A DNA stretch of 46,460 bases, taken from Gammaproteobacteria bacterium. Lineage in GTDB: Bacteria; Pseudomonadota; Gammaproteobacteria; JAJDOJ01. The position numbers were made by a program, and so were the translations under genes. Under the pieces are notes generated by a model, which worked only from the letters and a program-made list of their open reading frames with translations, was not told the origin of the DNA and did no database searches. The stretch covers positions 1-46,460 of the forward strand of contig JALVEU010000023.1 of assembly GCA_027030565.1 (NCBI GenBank), read 5' to 3'. This document shows, in pieces, positions 18,224 to 28,222 of the stretch (position 1 is the stretch's first letter; each line of letters begins with the position of its first letter).

Positions 18224-19330
18224 ATGCGGCTCGCCATCGTCTGCGACGGCTACTGGGATCAGCTCCAGGGTGGCGCGGAGTATCAGCTCTGGGTGATCGG
18301 CGAAGCCCTGGCCGCGCGTGGCGTCGAGGTGCACTACGTGTTCCGTGACCGCGGCACGCCCTTGGCCCCCACGCCCATGCAGCTGCATTCCCTGCGGATC
18401 TCCCCGCTGGTGGCTCGGCTCTTCTATCCCTATCAACCTTTGCTGGCGGGCGCGCTGCAGCGCGCGCTGGATGCCATCGGTCCGGATCTGATCCTCAACC
18501 GTGTGGGCAACGCGCTCACGGGTCTCTGTGCGCGATACGGCCTTCGGCGCCGGGTGCCGGTGGTCTGGCACGTGGCCCATCTCGCTGACCTGCTCCCATT
18601 CGAGCCGCCGCGCAACCGGACCTTGCCCATGGCCTGGTGGAACCGGCGGCTGCTGGAGTATGGCATCCGGCATGCAACGGCGGTGGTGGCCCAGGCCCGG
18701 TACCAGGCCGATGAGCTGGAGCGCCGATGGAGCCGCACGGCGGATCTGGTCTTTCCGAACGTACATCCGGTGCCTCCTGCCCCGCAGAAGGCGGCCTCAC
18801 CGGTGCGGGTGCTCTGGGTGGCCAATGTCAAGCCCATGAAGCAGCCGTTCGCATTCCTGGATCTGGCCGAGGCCTTCTCGGACCGCGAGGAGGTGGTCTT
18901 CACCCTGATCGGCCGCCCCGAGAATCCGCGCTATCAGGAGCGGTTCGAGGCGCGGCTGCGGACCCTGCCCCGGGTGCGCTATCTGGGCGAGCAGCCCATC
19001 GAACGGGTCAACGAGGAAATGGCCAGGGCGCACGTGTTCGTCAATACGAGTCGGCTGGAAGGTTTCCCCAACAGCTTCATCCAGGCCTGGCTGCGCGAGG
19101 TGCCGGTGGTCTCCCTCTCCGTAGATCCGGATGACGTGCTGGTGCGCCAGCGCATCGGGATGCATTCACGCACCCCTGGGCGTCTGGTCGAAGATACGGC
19201 GCGCCTGGTCGAAGACGCCGCACTGCGCGAGGAGATGGGGCGGCGGGCCCGGGCGTATGCCATCGAGGCCCACGGGCTGGAGCGGCACATCGGCGCCCTC
19301 CAACGCCTGTTCGAGGATCTGGTGCGATGA
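18224..19330 (+). CDS. glycosyltransferase, GT4 family
   Basis: MRLAIVCDGYWDQLQGGAEYQ... and ...VFVNTSRLEGFPNSFIQAWLREVPVVS (the E-x7-E region). Starts 1 nt after the NUDIX stop. Confidence 0.8.
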   Translation: MRLAIVCDGYWDQLQGGAEYQLWVIGEALAARGVEVHYVFRDRGTPLAPTPMQLHSLRISPLVARLFYPYQPLLAGALQRALDAIGPDLILNRVGNALTGLCARYGLRRRVPVVWHVAHLADLLPFEPPRNRTLPMAWWNRRLLEYGIRHATAVVAQARYQADELERRWSRTADLVFPNVHPVPPAPQKAASPVRVLWVANVKPMKQPFAFLDLAEAFSDREEVVFTLIGRPENPRYQERFEARLRTLPRVRYLGEQPIERVNEEMARAHVFVNTSRLEGFPNSFIQAWLREVPVVSLSVDPDDVLVRQRIGMHSRTPGRLVEDTARLVEDAALREEMGRRARAYAIEAHGLERHIGALQRLFEDLVR

Positions 19331-20442
19331 ACCTGCTCTATCTGTCCGACACCCACTTCATCACGCCCTCGGCCGAAGCCGTCTTCATCATGAAGATGGC
19401 CGACGCCTACACGCGAAATGGCCATCGGGTGCAGGTCTATGCCCATGTGCGCGATGCGGCCGCCACCGACATTCACCGTTACTATGGGACTTCCGGGGCG
19501 TTCGGGATCCGTTCCTATGGCTACTCCCGCGTGCCCGGGGTGAAACGGACGCTGCGGGTGCTGCACGCACGTCGGGCGGCCACGAGGGTCCGTCCCGACT
19601 TGGCCTACGGCCGCTGCCTGTACGCACTGCTGGCCGTAGCGCGCACCCGCGTGCCGCTGGTCTACGAGGCACATACGCCACCGGCGAGCCGGGCCAAGGC
19701 ACGGCTTTGCCGGCGGCTGTTCGCGCAGCCCGGGTTTCGGCGGCTGGTGGTGATCACCGAGGCGTTGCGAGATCATTATTTGGACGCCTTCCGGGATGGG
19801 CTGCGGGCGGACCAGGTGGTGGTCGCCCACGACGGGGCCGATCCGGTGGATGAGCTCCCACCCCCACCTGGTGGGAAGCGCTTGCAGTTCGGCTACATCG
19901 GGAGCCTGCTGCCCGGCAAGGGCTGGGAGACGGTGCTGGATCTGGCGCGGGCATTGCCGGAGCACGATTTCCACCTGGTCGGGGGCACTCCGGAGGAGGT
20001 GGCGGCCTTGCGGGCACGCGGGGTTTCACCCAACGTCCATCTGCACGGCCACGTGCCGCACAGTCGCGTGGCGGAGAAGCTGGCCGGTTTCGACGTCGCG
20101 CTGTTGCCGCCCTTGGAGCGGGTGGTGGTCTCTGGGGGTGAGGACATCGGCCGCTGGATGTCCCCCATGAAGCTCTTCGAGTATATGGCTGCGGGCCGGC
20201 CGGTGGTCGCATCGGGCCTGCCGGTGATCCGTGAGGTGGTGCACCATGGCCGCAACGGATGGATCGCCGCGCCGGGAGATGTGGAGGACTGGGCGAGGGC
20301 GCTGCGCACCCTGGCGGCGGAGCCGGGCCTGCGGGCACGCCTGGCCGAGCAGGCGCGCAGGGACTTCCTCGCCCATTACACCTGGCAACAGCGGGCCCGG
20401 CGCGTATTGGAGGGCCTGGATTCGCAGGGCGGGTCCACCTGA
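19327..20442 (+). CDS. glycosyltransferase, GT4 family
   Basis: ATGA overlap with the preceding GT. ...MSPMKLFEYMAAGRPVVASGLPVIREVV..., a typical GT4 C-terminal domain. Confidence 0.8.
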   Translation: MNLLYLSDTHFITPSAEAVFIMKMADAYTRNGHRVQVYAHVRDAAATDIHRYYGTSGAFGIRSYGYSRVPGVKRTLRVLHARRAATRVRPDLAYGRCLYALLAVARTRVPLVYEAHTPPASRAKARLCRRLFAQPGFRRLVVITEALRDHYLDAFRDGLRADQVVVAHDGADPVDELPPPPGGKRLQFGYIGSLLPGKGWETVLDLARALPEHDFHLVGGTPEEVAALRARGVSPNVHLHGHVPHSRVAEKLAGFDVALLPPLERVVVSGGEDIGRWMSPMKLFEYMAAGRPVVASGLPVIREVVHHGRNGWIAAPGDVEDWARALRTLAAEPGLRARLAEQARRDFLAHYTWQQRARRVLEGLDSQGGST

Positions 20443-20452
20443 TGGGCTGGTG

Positions 20453-23161
20453 TCACTCCCGGTCGAGTTCCCCGATGGCGCGGACGATGGCCTCGTGTAT
20501 CCGCTCCTGCCGCCGGGGATCCGCGATGGGGCGGCCATCGGTGTCCGACACGTAGAACAGGTCCTCGACCCGCTCACCCAGGGTGGCGATGCGCGCGCTG
20601 TGCACCATGACCCCCGTTTCGGCAAAGGCGCGCCCCACCTTGGACAGCAGACCTGGATAGTCTAGGCAGCTCAGCTCGATCCGCGTATGCCCGCTGCGCG
20701 GATCCTGTTCGAAGTGCACGCTGGGCGCACTGCGGAAATGGCGCAGTCGCCGGGGTGTCCGCCGGGCCACCTCCTTGGGCGGACTCTCCAGCCGGGAGAG
20801 GGCCTCGGTGAGGGCCAGCGTGATATGGGCCATGCGGTCCGGATCCCCGCAGCGTTCGTCGTCCTGGTCCAGCACCGCATACGTGTCCAGGGTGTATCCG
20901 TCGGCCGTGGTGATGATCCGGGCGTCCACGATGTTCAACCCCTCGTTGCTGAGCACCGTGGTGACGCGGGAGAACAGATGCGGATGGTCACGGGTGTAGA
21001 TGAAGATGTCCGTGCAACCGCGCGTCGGCGAGCGTCGTGCCAGCACCACCGGGGTGTCCTGCTCGTGGCCCAGGAGGGCCGCGGTGTGCCAGGCGATCTC
21101 CTCGGCGGAGTGCCGCAGGAAATACTCCCGTCCGAATCGTTGCCACAGCTGCTCCACCGCCTGAACGTCGATCCCTTCGGAGGCGAGCCGTTCCAGCGCC
21201 CCGGCGCGGGCCTCCTCGATCACCTCTCGTTCCAGCAGCGGATTGTCCAGACCGCGGCGCAGGACGCGCAGGGTATTGTGATAGAGGGTGCTCAGCAGGG
21301 AGGCGCGCCATGGATTCCACAGCTCCGGGTTGGTCCCCTGGATGTCGGCCACGGTCAGGAGATAGAGGTAGTTGAGGCGGTTGATGTTGCCCACCTGTTC
21401 GGCGAACCGGTTGACGACCTCAGGGTCGTTGATGTCCTTGCGTTGCGCGGTCATGGACATGAGCAGGTGATGGCGCACCAGCCAGGCCACCTTACGCGAG
21501 TCGAAGGCGCTCAGGCCGTGGTCGAGGCAGAAACGTTCGGCCTCTCGGGCGCCGATCTCGGAGTGATCACCGCCCCGCCCCTTGCCGATATCGTGGAACA
21601 GCGCTGCCAAGTAGAGGATCTCCGGCTTGGGCAGCCGTTCGAAAATGGCATGGCACAGGGGGTTCTCCTGGGCGTGTGCGGGCAGGGCGAACCGGCGGAC
21701 GTTGCGCAGGACCATGAGGATGTGTTCGTCCACCGTGTAGACGTGGAACAGGTCGTACTGCATGCGACCGACGATGTGCGCGAAGGCGGGCAGGTAGGCC
21801 GCCAGGATTCCATAGCGGTTCATGCGTCGCAGCTCGTGCGAGACGCCCGCGGGCTGGCGCAGGATCTCCATGAACAGCGAGCGGTTGCGGAGGTCCTTGC
21901 GATAGGCATCGTCGATTCGATGCCGGTGCTGCCGGATCAGGCGCACCGTGCCGGCGCGCACGCCCTGGATCTCGGGGTGCTCCTGCAGGACCAGGAACAG
22001 CTCCAGCAGTGCGGACGGATAGCGCCGGAAGACATCGGCTCCGGTGGTCTCCAGAAAACCCTTGTAGACCTGGAAGCGGCGGTTGATGGGGATGGGGGCC
22101 GCCCCCTCGTCGCTGGCCAGCAGCTCTTCCTCTTCGTGTTGCAGCAGCATCTCCGAGAGGCGCTCGATGTCGGTGACGGTCCGGAAGTGGCGCTGCATGA
22201 ACTGCTCCACCGCCAGATCGTGTTCGCTGTCGTGGTACCCGAACTGACGTGCGAGTTCGGGCTGGTATTCGAACAGCAAGCGTTCCTCGGCGCGGCCGGT
22301 GAGCAGGTGCAGGGCGAAGCGTACACGCCATAGCCAGGCGCGGCCCTCCATGAGGTCGGCGTATTCGTCCTCGGTCAGAAAGTTTCGGGGCACCAGCTCA
22401 TGCAGACGGCGCACGCCGAGATGACGTTGCGCCACCCAGGCTACGGTCTGGATGTCGCGCAGGCCCCCCGGCCCCTCCTTGACGTTGGGTTCGAGCTTGT
22501 AGGCACTGTCGCCGAACTTGTGATGGCGGCGACGCTGTTCGGCCATCTTGGCCTCGAAGAACGCCGCGGCCGGCCAGATGTGTTCGGGCCCGATGGCCTC
22601 GGTCAGCCGGGTGAAGGCGCGTGTTTCGCCCGCAAGGAGCCTCGATTCCAGGAGGTTGGTCATCACGGTGACGTCGGCCTGGGCCTCCGCCACGCATTCC
22701 TGCAGGGTGCGCACGCTGTGTCCCACGGGCAGGCCCAAGTCCCACAGCAGCCCGACGAAGCGCTGGAGGCGATCCAAGAGCGGGTCGGGCAGGTGCTCCG
22801 CACGCAGGATCAGGAGGTCCACGTCGGAGCGGGGATGCAGTTCACCGCGTCCATAGCCTCCCACGGCGATCAGCGACAGATGGCCGGCTTGTGAGAGGCC
22901 CAGGGCGTTCCAGGCCGACTCAAGCACGAAATCCACCATCAGTGCCCGTCCGGTGACCAGGGTCTCGATGTCCTGACCGATTCGGAAGGCCTCGGCCAGA
23001 GCGTGGTCCGCGGTCTGGATGAGTTCACGGCAGGCGCCGGCATCGGGCCCCCCGCCGCCGCGGCAGTGGCCGGCCAGTGCCTGCCAGTCCACGGCAGAAC
23101 GCAGGGGCTCGGGGAGCTGGGGCTGGCGCACGGGGAGGGGACGGCTCTCGGGGGCGTTCAC
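20453..23161 (-). CDS. glnD: [protein-PII] uridylyltransferase/uridylyl-removing enzyme GlnD
   Basis: Nucleotidyltransferase GGYGRGELHPRSDVDLL, HD domain LFHDIGKG, and two C-terminal ACT domains. GTG 23161 overlaps the map TGA (GTGA). Same position relative to map as in E. coli. Confidence 0.93.
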   Translation of the reverse strand: MNAPESRPLPVRQPQLPEPLRSAVDWQALAGHCRGGGGPDAGACRELIQTADHALAEAFRIGQDIETLVTGRALMVDFVLESAWNALGLSQAGHLSLIAVGGYGRGELHPRSDVDLLILRAEHLPDPLLDRLQRFVGLLWDLGLPVGHSVRTLQECVAEAQADVTVMTNLLESRLLAGETRAFTRLTEAIGPEHIWPAAAFFEAKMAEQRRRHHKFGDSAYKLEPNVKEGPGGLRDIQTVAWVAQRHLGVRRLHELVPRNFLTEDEYADLMEGRAWLWRVRFALHLLTGRAEERLLFEYQPELARQFGYHDSEHDLAVEQFMQRHFRTVTDIERLSEMLLQHEEEELLASDEGAAPIPINRRFQVYKGFLETTGADVFRRYPSALLELFLVLQEHPEIQGVRAGTVRLIRQHRHRIDDAYRKDLRNRSLFMEILRQPAGVSHELRRMNRYGILAAYLPAFAHIVGRMQYDLFHVYTVDEHILMVLRNVRRFALPAHAQENPLCHAIFERLPKPEILYLAALFHDIGKGRGGDHSEIGAREAERFCLDHGLSAFDSRKVAWLVRHHLLMSMTAQRKDINDPEVVNRFAEQVGNINRLNYLYLLTVADIQGTNPELWNPWRASLLSTLYHNTLRVLRRGLDNPLLEREVIEEARAGALERLASEGIDVQAVEQLWQRFGREYFLRHSAEEIAWHTAALLGHEQDTPVVLARRSPTRGCTDIFIYTRDHPHLFSRVTTVLSNEGLNIVDARIITTADGYTLDTYAVLDQDDERCGDPDRMAHITLALTEALSRLESPPKEVARRTPRRLRHFRSAPSVHFEQDPRSGHTRIELSCLDYPGLLSKVGRAFAETGVMVHSARIATLGERVEDLFYVSDTDGRPIADPRRQERIHEAIVRAIGELDRE

Positions 23162-23946
23162 GGCAGGGCCCGGTACCCTGCAGCCTGTTCCTCGGCGCGC
23201 AGCGTGAGGACTTCGAAACCCGTATCGGTGACGGCCACGGTGTGTTCCCATTGGGCGGAAAGGCTGTGGTCCTTGGTGACCACGGTCCAGCCGTCGCGCA
23301 GGAGTTTGACGTCGCGACGACCGGCATTGATCATTGGCTCCACGGTGAACACCATGCCCGGTTCGAGGACCACGCCTTCTCCCGGCTTGCCGTAGTGCAG
23401 AACCTGCGGATCCTCGTGAAACTCGCGGCCGATACCATGACCGCAGTATTCGCGTACCACCGAGAAGCGGTTGGATTCCACGAACCGCTGGATCGCATGA
23501 CCGATGTCACCCAGTGTGGCCCCGGGGCGCACCTGCTGGATACCACGCCACATGGCCTCGTAGGCCGCTTCCACCAGACGTTGGGCCTGCACGGACGGAC
23601 GGCCCACGTAGAACATCTTGCTGGTGTCTCCGTGCCAGCCGTCCTTGATGACCGTGATGTCGATGTTGACGATGTCGCCGGGTTTGAGTTTCTTGGCTCC
23701 TGGGATGCCATGGCACACCTGATGGTTGACCGACGTGCACACCGACTTGGGAAATCCCCGGTAATTGAGGGGGGCAGGGACGGCCTTCTGCACGTTGACG
23801 ATATAGTCGTGACAGATGCGGTCCAGCTCCCCGGTGGTGACCCCCGGACGGACGTGGGTCCCGATCATCTCCAGGACCTCGGCGGCGAGGCGGCCGGCGA
23901 TGCGCATCTTTTCGATCTCTTCGGGTGTCTTGATGTGGATGGCCAT
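23158..23946 (-). CDS. map: type I methionine aminopeptidase
   Basis: MAIHIKTPEEIEKMRIAGRLAAEVL...FPKSVCTSVNHQVCHGIP...DITVIKDGWHGD...CGHGIG...EPM. Confidence 0.97.
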   Translation of the reverse strand: MAIHIKTPEEIEKMRIAGRLAAEVLEMIGTHVRPGVTTGELDRICHDYIVNVQKAVPAPLNYRGFPKSVCTSVNHQVCHGIPGAKKLKPGDIVNIDITVIKDGWHGDTSKMFYVGRPSVQAQRLVEAAYEAMWRGIQQVRPGATLGDIGHAIQRFVESNRFSVVREYCGHGIGREFHEDPQVLHYGKPGEGVVLEPGMVFTVEPMINAGRRDVKLLRDGWTVVTKDHSLSAQWEHTVAVTDTGFEVLTLRAEEQAAGYRALP

Positions 23947-23993
23947 GGGAGGTGTGCCCTGGGTATTCGGAACCTTTTGATTCTACAGACAAA

Positions 23994-24022
23994 TTGTCCG
24001 TAACAGCGGATTATGGTATAAA
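23994..24022 (+). promoter_or_regulatory. candidate sigma70 promoter of rpsB-tsf
   Basis: TTGTCC (23994..23999), 17-nt spacer, TATAAA (24017..24022), followed by a GC-rich discriminator GCGCGCC. Lies ~290 nt upstream of the rpsB start. Confidence 0.45.
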
Positions 24023-24309
24023 GCGCGCCCGTTTGTGGCAAATGCCCTTACTTCGACAGCGTGCCCATACAGGCGTTCGTGCGGCCCTGCCAGTCGGATG
24101 TGCGGGCGCTGCGGTGGGGACGGCGCGCGACTCGGTGAGGCAACGTCCTCGTGGCGCCAGGACCGCCGCACCGAATGCGGCACAGGGTACGAACCGCCGG
24201 AAAGGCAATCCACACACGCACCGGCACGACGCAGCCGGGTGCCCGCCTCGCAGGCGGGTTGCTGCGCGGGGTGCGTGGAGGCATAACCCAAATCAGGAGA
24301 CGACAGATC

Positions 24310-25137
24310 GTGGCCAACATCACCATGCGCCAGATGCTCGAGGCTGGCGTGCATTTTGGACATCAGACCCGCTACTGGAACCCGAAGATGGCACCCTACA
24401 TCTTCGGCGCCCGGAACAAGATCCATATCATCAATCTGGAAAAGACCCTGCCGTTGTTCGAAGAGGCCCTGAACTTCCTGGGCAGCGTGGCCGCCAAGGG
24501 TGGCAAGGTACTGTTCGTCGGTACCAAACGGGCCGCGCGGGACACCATCCGCGAACAGGCCTTGCGCTGTGGCATGCCGTACGTGAACTACCGCTGGCTG
24601 GGCGGGATGTTGACCAATTTTCAGACCGTGTCGGGCTCCATCAGGCGGCTCAAGGAGCTGGAGCAGATGCGGACCGAGGGCAGCTATGAGCACCTGAGCA
24701 AGAAGGAATGGTTGCGCCTCGAGCGTGAACTCGCCAAGCTGGAGCGCAGCCTCGGTGGTATCAAGGACATGGAGCGCCTGCCGGACGCCCTGTTCGTCAT
24801 CGACGTGGGCTATGAGCGCATTGCCGTAAACGAGGCGCGCAAGCTCCACATCCCCATCGTGGGCATCGTCGACACCAACAACTCACCCGAGGGGATCGAC
24901 TACGTGGTGCCCGGCAACGACGATGCCATTCGGGCCATTCAGCTGTATTGCACGGCCGCAGCCGATGCGATCATCGAGGGGGCTGCACAGGCGAAGCTGC
25001 AGGCCGCCTCCGAGGGCGAGTTCGTGGAGGTGGAGGAGGCCGAGGCGGCGGCCGTCACCGGTGCCGACCCGAGCCCGGAGCCGGCGGACACCGGGTCGCA
25101 GGGCGAGCCTTCCGGGCAACCGGGGGACGAGGCCTGA
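24310..25137 (+). CDS. rpsB: 30S ribosomal protein S2
   Basis: GTG start gives (M)[49 protein letters not shown], co-linear with E. coli [33 protein letters not shown] lies 9 nt upstream. Acidic/Pro-rich C-terminal tail. Confidence 0.96.
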   Translation: MANITMRQMLEAGVHFGHQTRYWNPKMAPYIFGARNKIHIINLEKTLPLFEEALNFLGSVAAKGGKVLFVGTKRAARDTIREQALRCGMPYVNYRWLGGMLTNFQTVSGSIRRLKELEQMRTEGSYEHLSKKEWLRLERELAKLERSLGGIKDMERLPDALFVIDVGYERIAVNEARKLHIPIVGIVDTNNSPEGIDYVVPGNDDAIRAIQLYCTAAADAIIEGAAQAKLQAASEGEFVEVEEAEAAAVTGADPSPEPADTGSQGEPSGQPGDEA

Positions 25138-25201
25138 GCATTGCGGCGGCCGCAGGAGGCCGTCGTATGTACGAATTTCTGGTTTTTCAGCAGGAGCAAC
25201 C

Positions 25202-26086
25202 ATGACGATTACCGCATCCATGGTGAAGGAGCTGCGCGAGCGTACGGGCGCAGGCATGATGGAATGTAAGAAGGCCCTGGTGGAGACCGGTGGCGACATG
25301 GAGGCCGCGATCGAACTCATGCGCAAGACCGGGGCGGCGAAGGCCGACAAGAAGGCCTCGCGGACCGCGGCCGAGGGCGTCATCGCGGTGGCGCGTTCGG
25401 AGGACGGGCGGACGCTGGCCATGGTGGAGGTCAACTGCGAGACGGATTTCGTCGCCAAGGACGAGAACTTCCGTGCCTTTGCCGAGCGTGTCGCGCAGAC
25501 CGTACTCCGGTCGGCTCCGGCCGACGTGGCCACGCTCCTGGCGCTGCCGCTGTCGGACGGCGGACGGACCGTCGAGGAGGCCCGGCTGGATCTGGTCAAC
25601 AAGATCGGCGAGAACGTCCAGGTGCGCAGGTTCGAGCGCATCGAGGCCCAGGGCGATCATCTCGGCGTCTACCTGCACGGGACCCGCATCGGCGTGGTGG
25701 TGGATCTGGAGGGTGGTGACGAGACCCTGGCCCGGGATCTCGCCATGCACATCGCCGCCAGCCGGCCCATGTGCGTCTCCGAAGAGGAGGTGCCCGAGGA
25801 AGTGCTGGAGAAAGAGAAAGAGATCCTCACCGCCCAGGCCCAGGACAGCGGCAAGCCGCCCGAAATCGTCGAGAAGATGGTTCAGGGGCGGCTCAAGAAG
25901 TTTCTCTCCGAGGTCACCCTCCTCGGGCAGCCCTTCGTGAAGGATCCAGACAAGAGTGTGGGCAAGCTGCTCAAGGAGGCCGGCGCCCGGGTCAGGCGCT
26001 TTCTCCGTTTCGAGGTGGGCGAAGGGATCGAGAAGAAACAGGAGAACTTCGCCGACGAGGTGATGGCCCAGGTCAAGGGTGGCTGA
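25202..26086 (+). CDS. tsf: translation elongation factor Ts
   Basis: [44 protein letters not shown]... Confidence 0.97.
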   Translation: MTITASMVKELRERTGAGMMECKKALVETGGDMEAAIELMRKTGAAKADKKASRTAAEGVIAVARSEDGRTLAMVEVNCETDFVAKDENFRAFAERVAQTVLRSAPADVATLLALPLSDGGRTVEEARLDLVNKIGENVQVRRFERIEAQGDHLGVYLHGTRIGVVVDLEGGDETLARDLAMHIAASRPMCVSEEEVPEEVLEKEKEILTAQAQDSGKPPEIVEKMVQGRLKKFLSEVTLLGQPFVKDPDKSVGKLLKEAGARVRRFLRFEVGEGIEKKQENFADEVMAQVKGG

Positions 26087-26107
26087 ATCGGGCGCGAGGA
26101 GGAAGAG

Positions 26108-26833
26108 GTGACCGCGGCCAGTCCCCCATACGGACGCATCCTGCTCAAGTTGAGTGGTGAAGCGCTGGGGCAGGCGGGATCGCCGCTCGACCCTGCCGGT
26201 GTGTCGCGTCTGGCCCGTGAGCTGGGTGCGGCGCTGCAGGCGGGGGTGCAAGTGGCGCTGGTGGTGGGCGGTGGCAACATCTTCCGTGGCGCCCGCTCCG
26301 TGGACGGACTGGTGGACCGGGTCACCGGCGATCAGATGGGGATGCTGGCCACGGTGATCAACGCGCTGGCCCTGCAGGCGGCACTGGCGCGCGAGGGCTT
26401 CCCGGCCAGGGTCATGACCGCGTTTGCGGTGGGTGCCTTCTGTGAGGTGTTCGACCGGGGGCGGGCGCTGAGGCATCTGGAAGAGGGACGCTTGGTTGTA
26501 TTCGCTGCGGGCACGGGGAATCCATTTTTCACCACGGACTCCGCCGCCGCCCTGCGCGCTGCCGAGATCGGCGCCAAGCTCATGCTCAAGGCCACCAAGG
26601 TCGATGGTGTATACGATGCCGATCCGGTCACGCATCCGCAGGCGCGGCGTTTCGAGCGGCTGAGTTTCGACGAGGCCATTGCCCGCGGGCTGGGGGTGAT
26701 GGACACCACGGCGCTGGTGCTGTGCCGCGACAACGGGATCCCGGTGCGGGTGTTCAACCTGTTTCAGCCCGGTGCGCTCTTGGCCGCGGCCCGCGGTGAG
26801 CCGGTGGGCACGCTGGTGGATTCCGGTTCGTGA
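26108..26833 (+). CDS. pyrH: UMP kinase
   Basis: [14 protein letters not shown]...[10 protein letters not shown]...[16 protein letters not shown] start with GGAGGAAGAG upstream. Confidence 0.96.
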   Translation: MTAASPPYGRILLKLSGEALGQAGSPLDPAGVSRLARELGAALQAGVQVALVVGGGNIFRGARSVDGLVDRVTGDQMGMLATVINALALQAALAREGFPARVMTAFAVGAFCEVFDRGRALRHLEEGRLVVFAAGTGNPFFTTDSAAALRAAEIGAKLMLKATKVDGVYDADPVTHPQARRFERLSFDEAIARGLGVMDTTALVLCRDNGIPVRVFNLFQPGALLAAARGEPVGTLVDSGS

Positions 26834-26872
26834 ACGGGTGGCGGCCTCGGAAGCCGCCACGCGAGGGGGGCG

Positions 26873-27433
26873 ATGATGATTGATGAGATCCTGCAGGATG
26901 CGGACGAGCGGATGAAGAAGAGCGTGGAGGCCCTGCGGCTCGAACTGGCGAAGATCCGCACCGGGCGGGCCCATCCCAGTCTGCTCGACCACGTGTACGT
27001 GGACTACTACGGCTCGAAGGTGCCGATCAATCAGGTGGCCAAGGTTCACGCGGAGGACGCCCGCACCCTGAGCATCACGCCCTGGGACAAGAATATGGTC
27101 AAGCCCGTGGAGAAGGCCATCATGGAATCCGACCTGGGCCTGAATCCCGCCACTGCAGGAACCGTCATCCGGGTGCCCATGCCCCCATTGACCGAGGAGC
27201 GGCGTCGAGACCTGGTGAAGGTCGTGCGCCACGAAGCCGAAGGGGGAAGGGTAGCGGTGCGCAACATTCGCCGGGACGCCATCCACCACCTCAAGGAACT
27301 GGTCAAGGAGAAAGAGATTTCCGAAGACGAGGTCCGGCGCGCCGAAGAACGCGTGCAGAAGCTTACCGACCGGCACATCCAGGAGATCGATCGGATGCTC
27401 GATCGAAAAGAAAAGGAGCTGATGGAGATCTGA
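26873..27433 (+). CDS. frr: ribosome recycling factor
   Basis: [38 protein letters not shown]...[11 protein letters not shown]. Start is ATG 26873 or 26876. Confidence 0.96.
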   Translation: MMIDEILQDADERMKKSVEALRLELAKIRTGRAHPSLLDHVYVDYYGSKVPINQVAKVHAEDARTLSITPWDKNMVKPVEKAIMESDLGLNPATAGTVIRVPMPPLTEERRRDLVKVVRHEAEGGRVAVRNIRRDAIHHLKELVKEKEISEDEVRRAEERVQKLTDRHIQEIDRMLDRKEKELMEI

Positions 27434-27466
27434 GGGGCGGTTCGGCGGCCCCATCGGTAACCCCCC

Positions 27467-28222
27467 ATGGGTACACGACCCACCGGTTCCTGCACACCCC
27501 CCCACCACGTCGCGATCATCATGGATGGCAACGGACGCTGGGCGCGTGCCCGCAACCTGCCTCGCCCCGAAGGCCATCGTCAGGGTGCCCTCGTCACGCG
27601 GCGCATCGTCGAGCATTGCGCGCGTCGCGGCGTGCGTGTGCTCACGCTGTTCGCCTTCAGCAGTGAGAATTGGCGCCGGCCCCCTGCCGAGGTCCGAAGC
27701 CTCATGGAGCTGTTTCTCGTTACGCTGCGTCGCGAGTCCAAGAGGCTGGCGAGCAACGGGGTCCGCATCCGCTTCATCGGGGATCGCAGCGCCTTTCACG
27801 AGCGCCTTCAGCGGGAGATCGTCTCGGCGGAGCGGCTCACTGCCGAAGGGGAGCGCATGCAGCTCAACATCGCTGCCAACTACGGTGGGCGTTGGGATAT
27901 CGCACAGGCGGCGCGCCGCCTGTGCGCGGCGGTGCAGGAGGGCCGGTTGGAGCCGCACCAGGTGGACGAAGAGGCGGTCGCCGCACAGCTGACCACGGCC
28001 GGGACTGCGGATCCAGACCTGTTCATCCGTACCGGTGGCGAGCATCGCATCAGCAATTTTCTGCTCTGGCAGCTGGCCTACACCGAACTCTATTTCACTG
28101 ACACCCTGTGGCCCGACTTCCAGACCAGCGATCTGGAAGCCGCCTTCGCCGACTATGCTTCGCGCCAGCGCAGGTTTGGACGCACCGAAGAGCAGTTGCG
28201 TACCGGAGACCTGCGTGCTTAG
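27467..28222 (+). CDS. uppS: di-trans,poly-cis-undecaprenyl-diphosphate synthase
   Basis: HHVAIIMDGNGRWA...LTLFAFSSENWRRP...RISNFLLWQLAYTELYF. Confidence 0.95.
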   Translation: MGTRPTGSCTPPHHVAIIMDGNGRWARARNLPRPEGHRQGALVTRRIVEHCARRGVRVLTLFAFSSENWRRPPAEVRSLMELFLVTLRRESKRLASNGVRIRFIGDRSAFHERLQREIVSAERLTAEGERMQLNIAANYGGRWDIAQAARRLCAAVQEGRLEPHQVDEEAVAAQLTTAGTADPDLFIRTGGEHRISNFLLWQLAYTELYFTDTLWPDFQTSDLEAAFADYASRQRRFGRTEEQLRTGDLRA

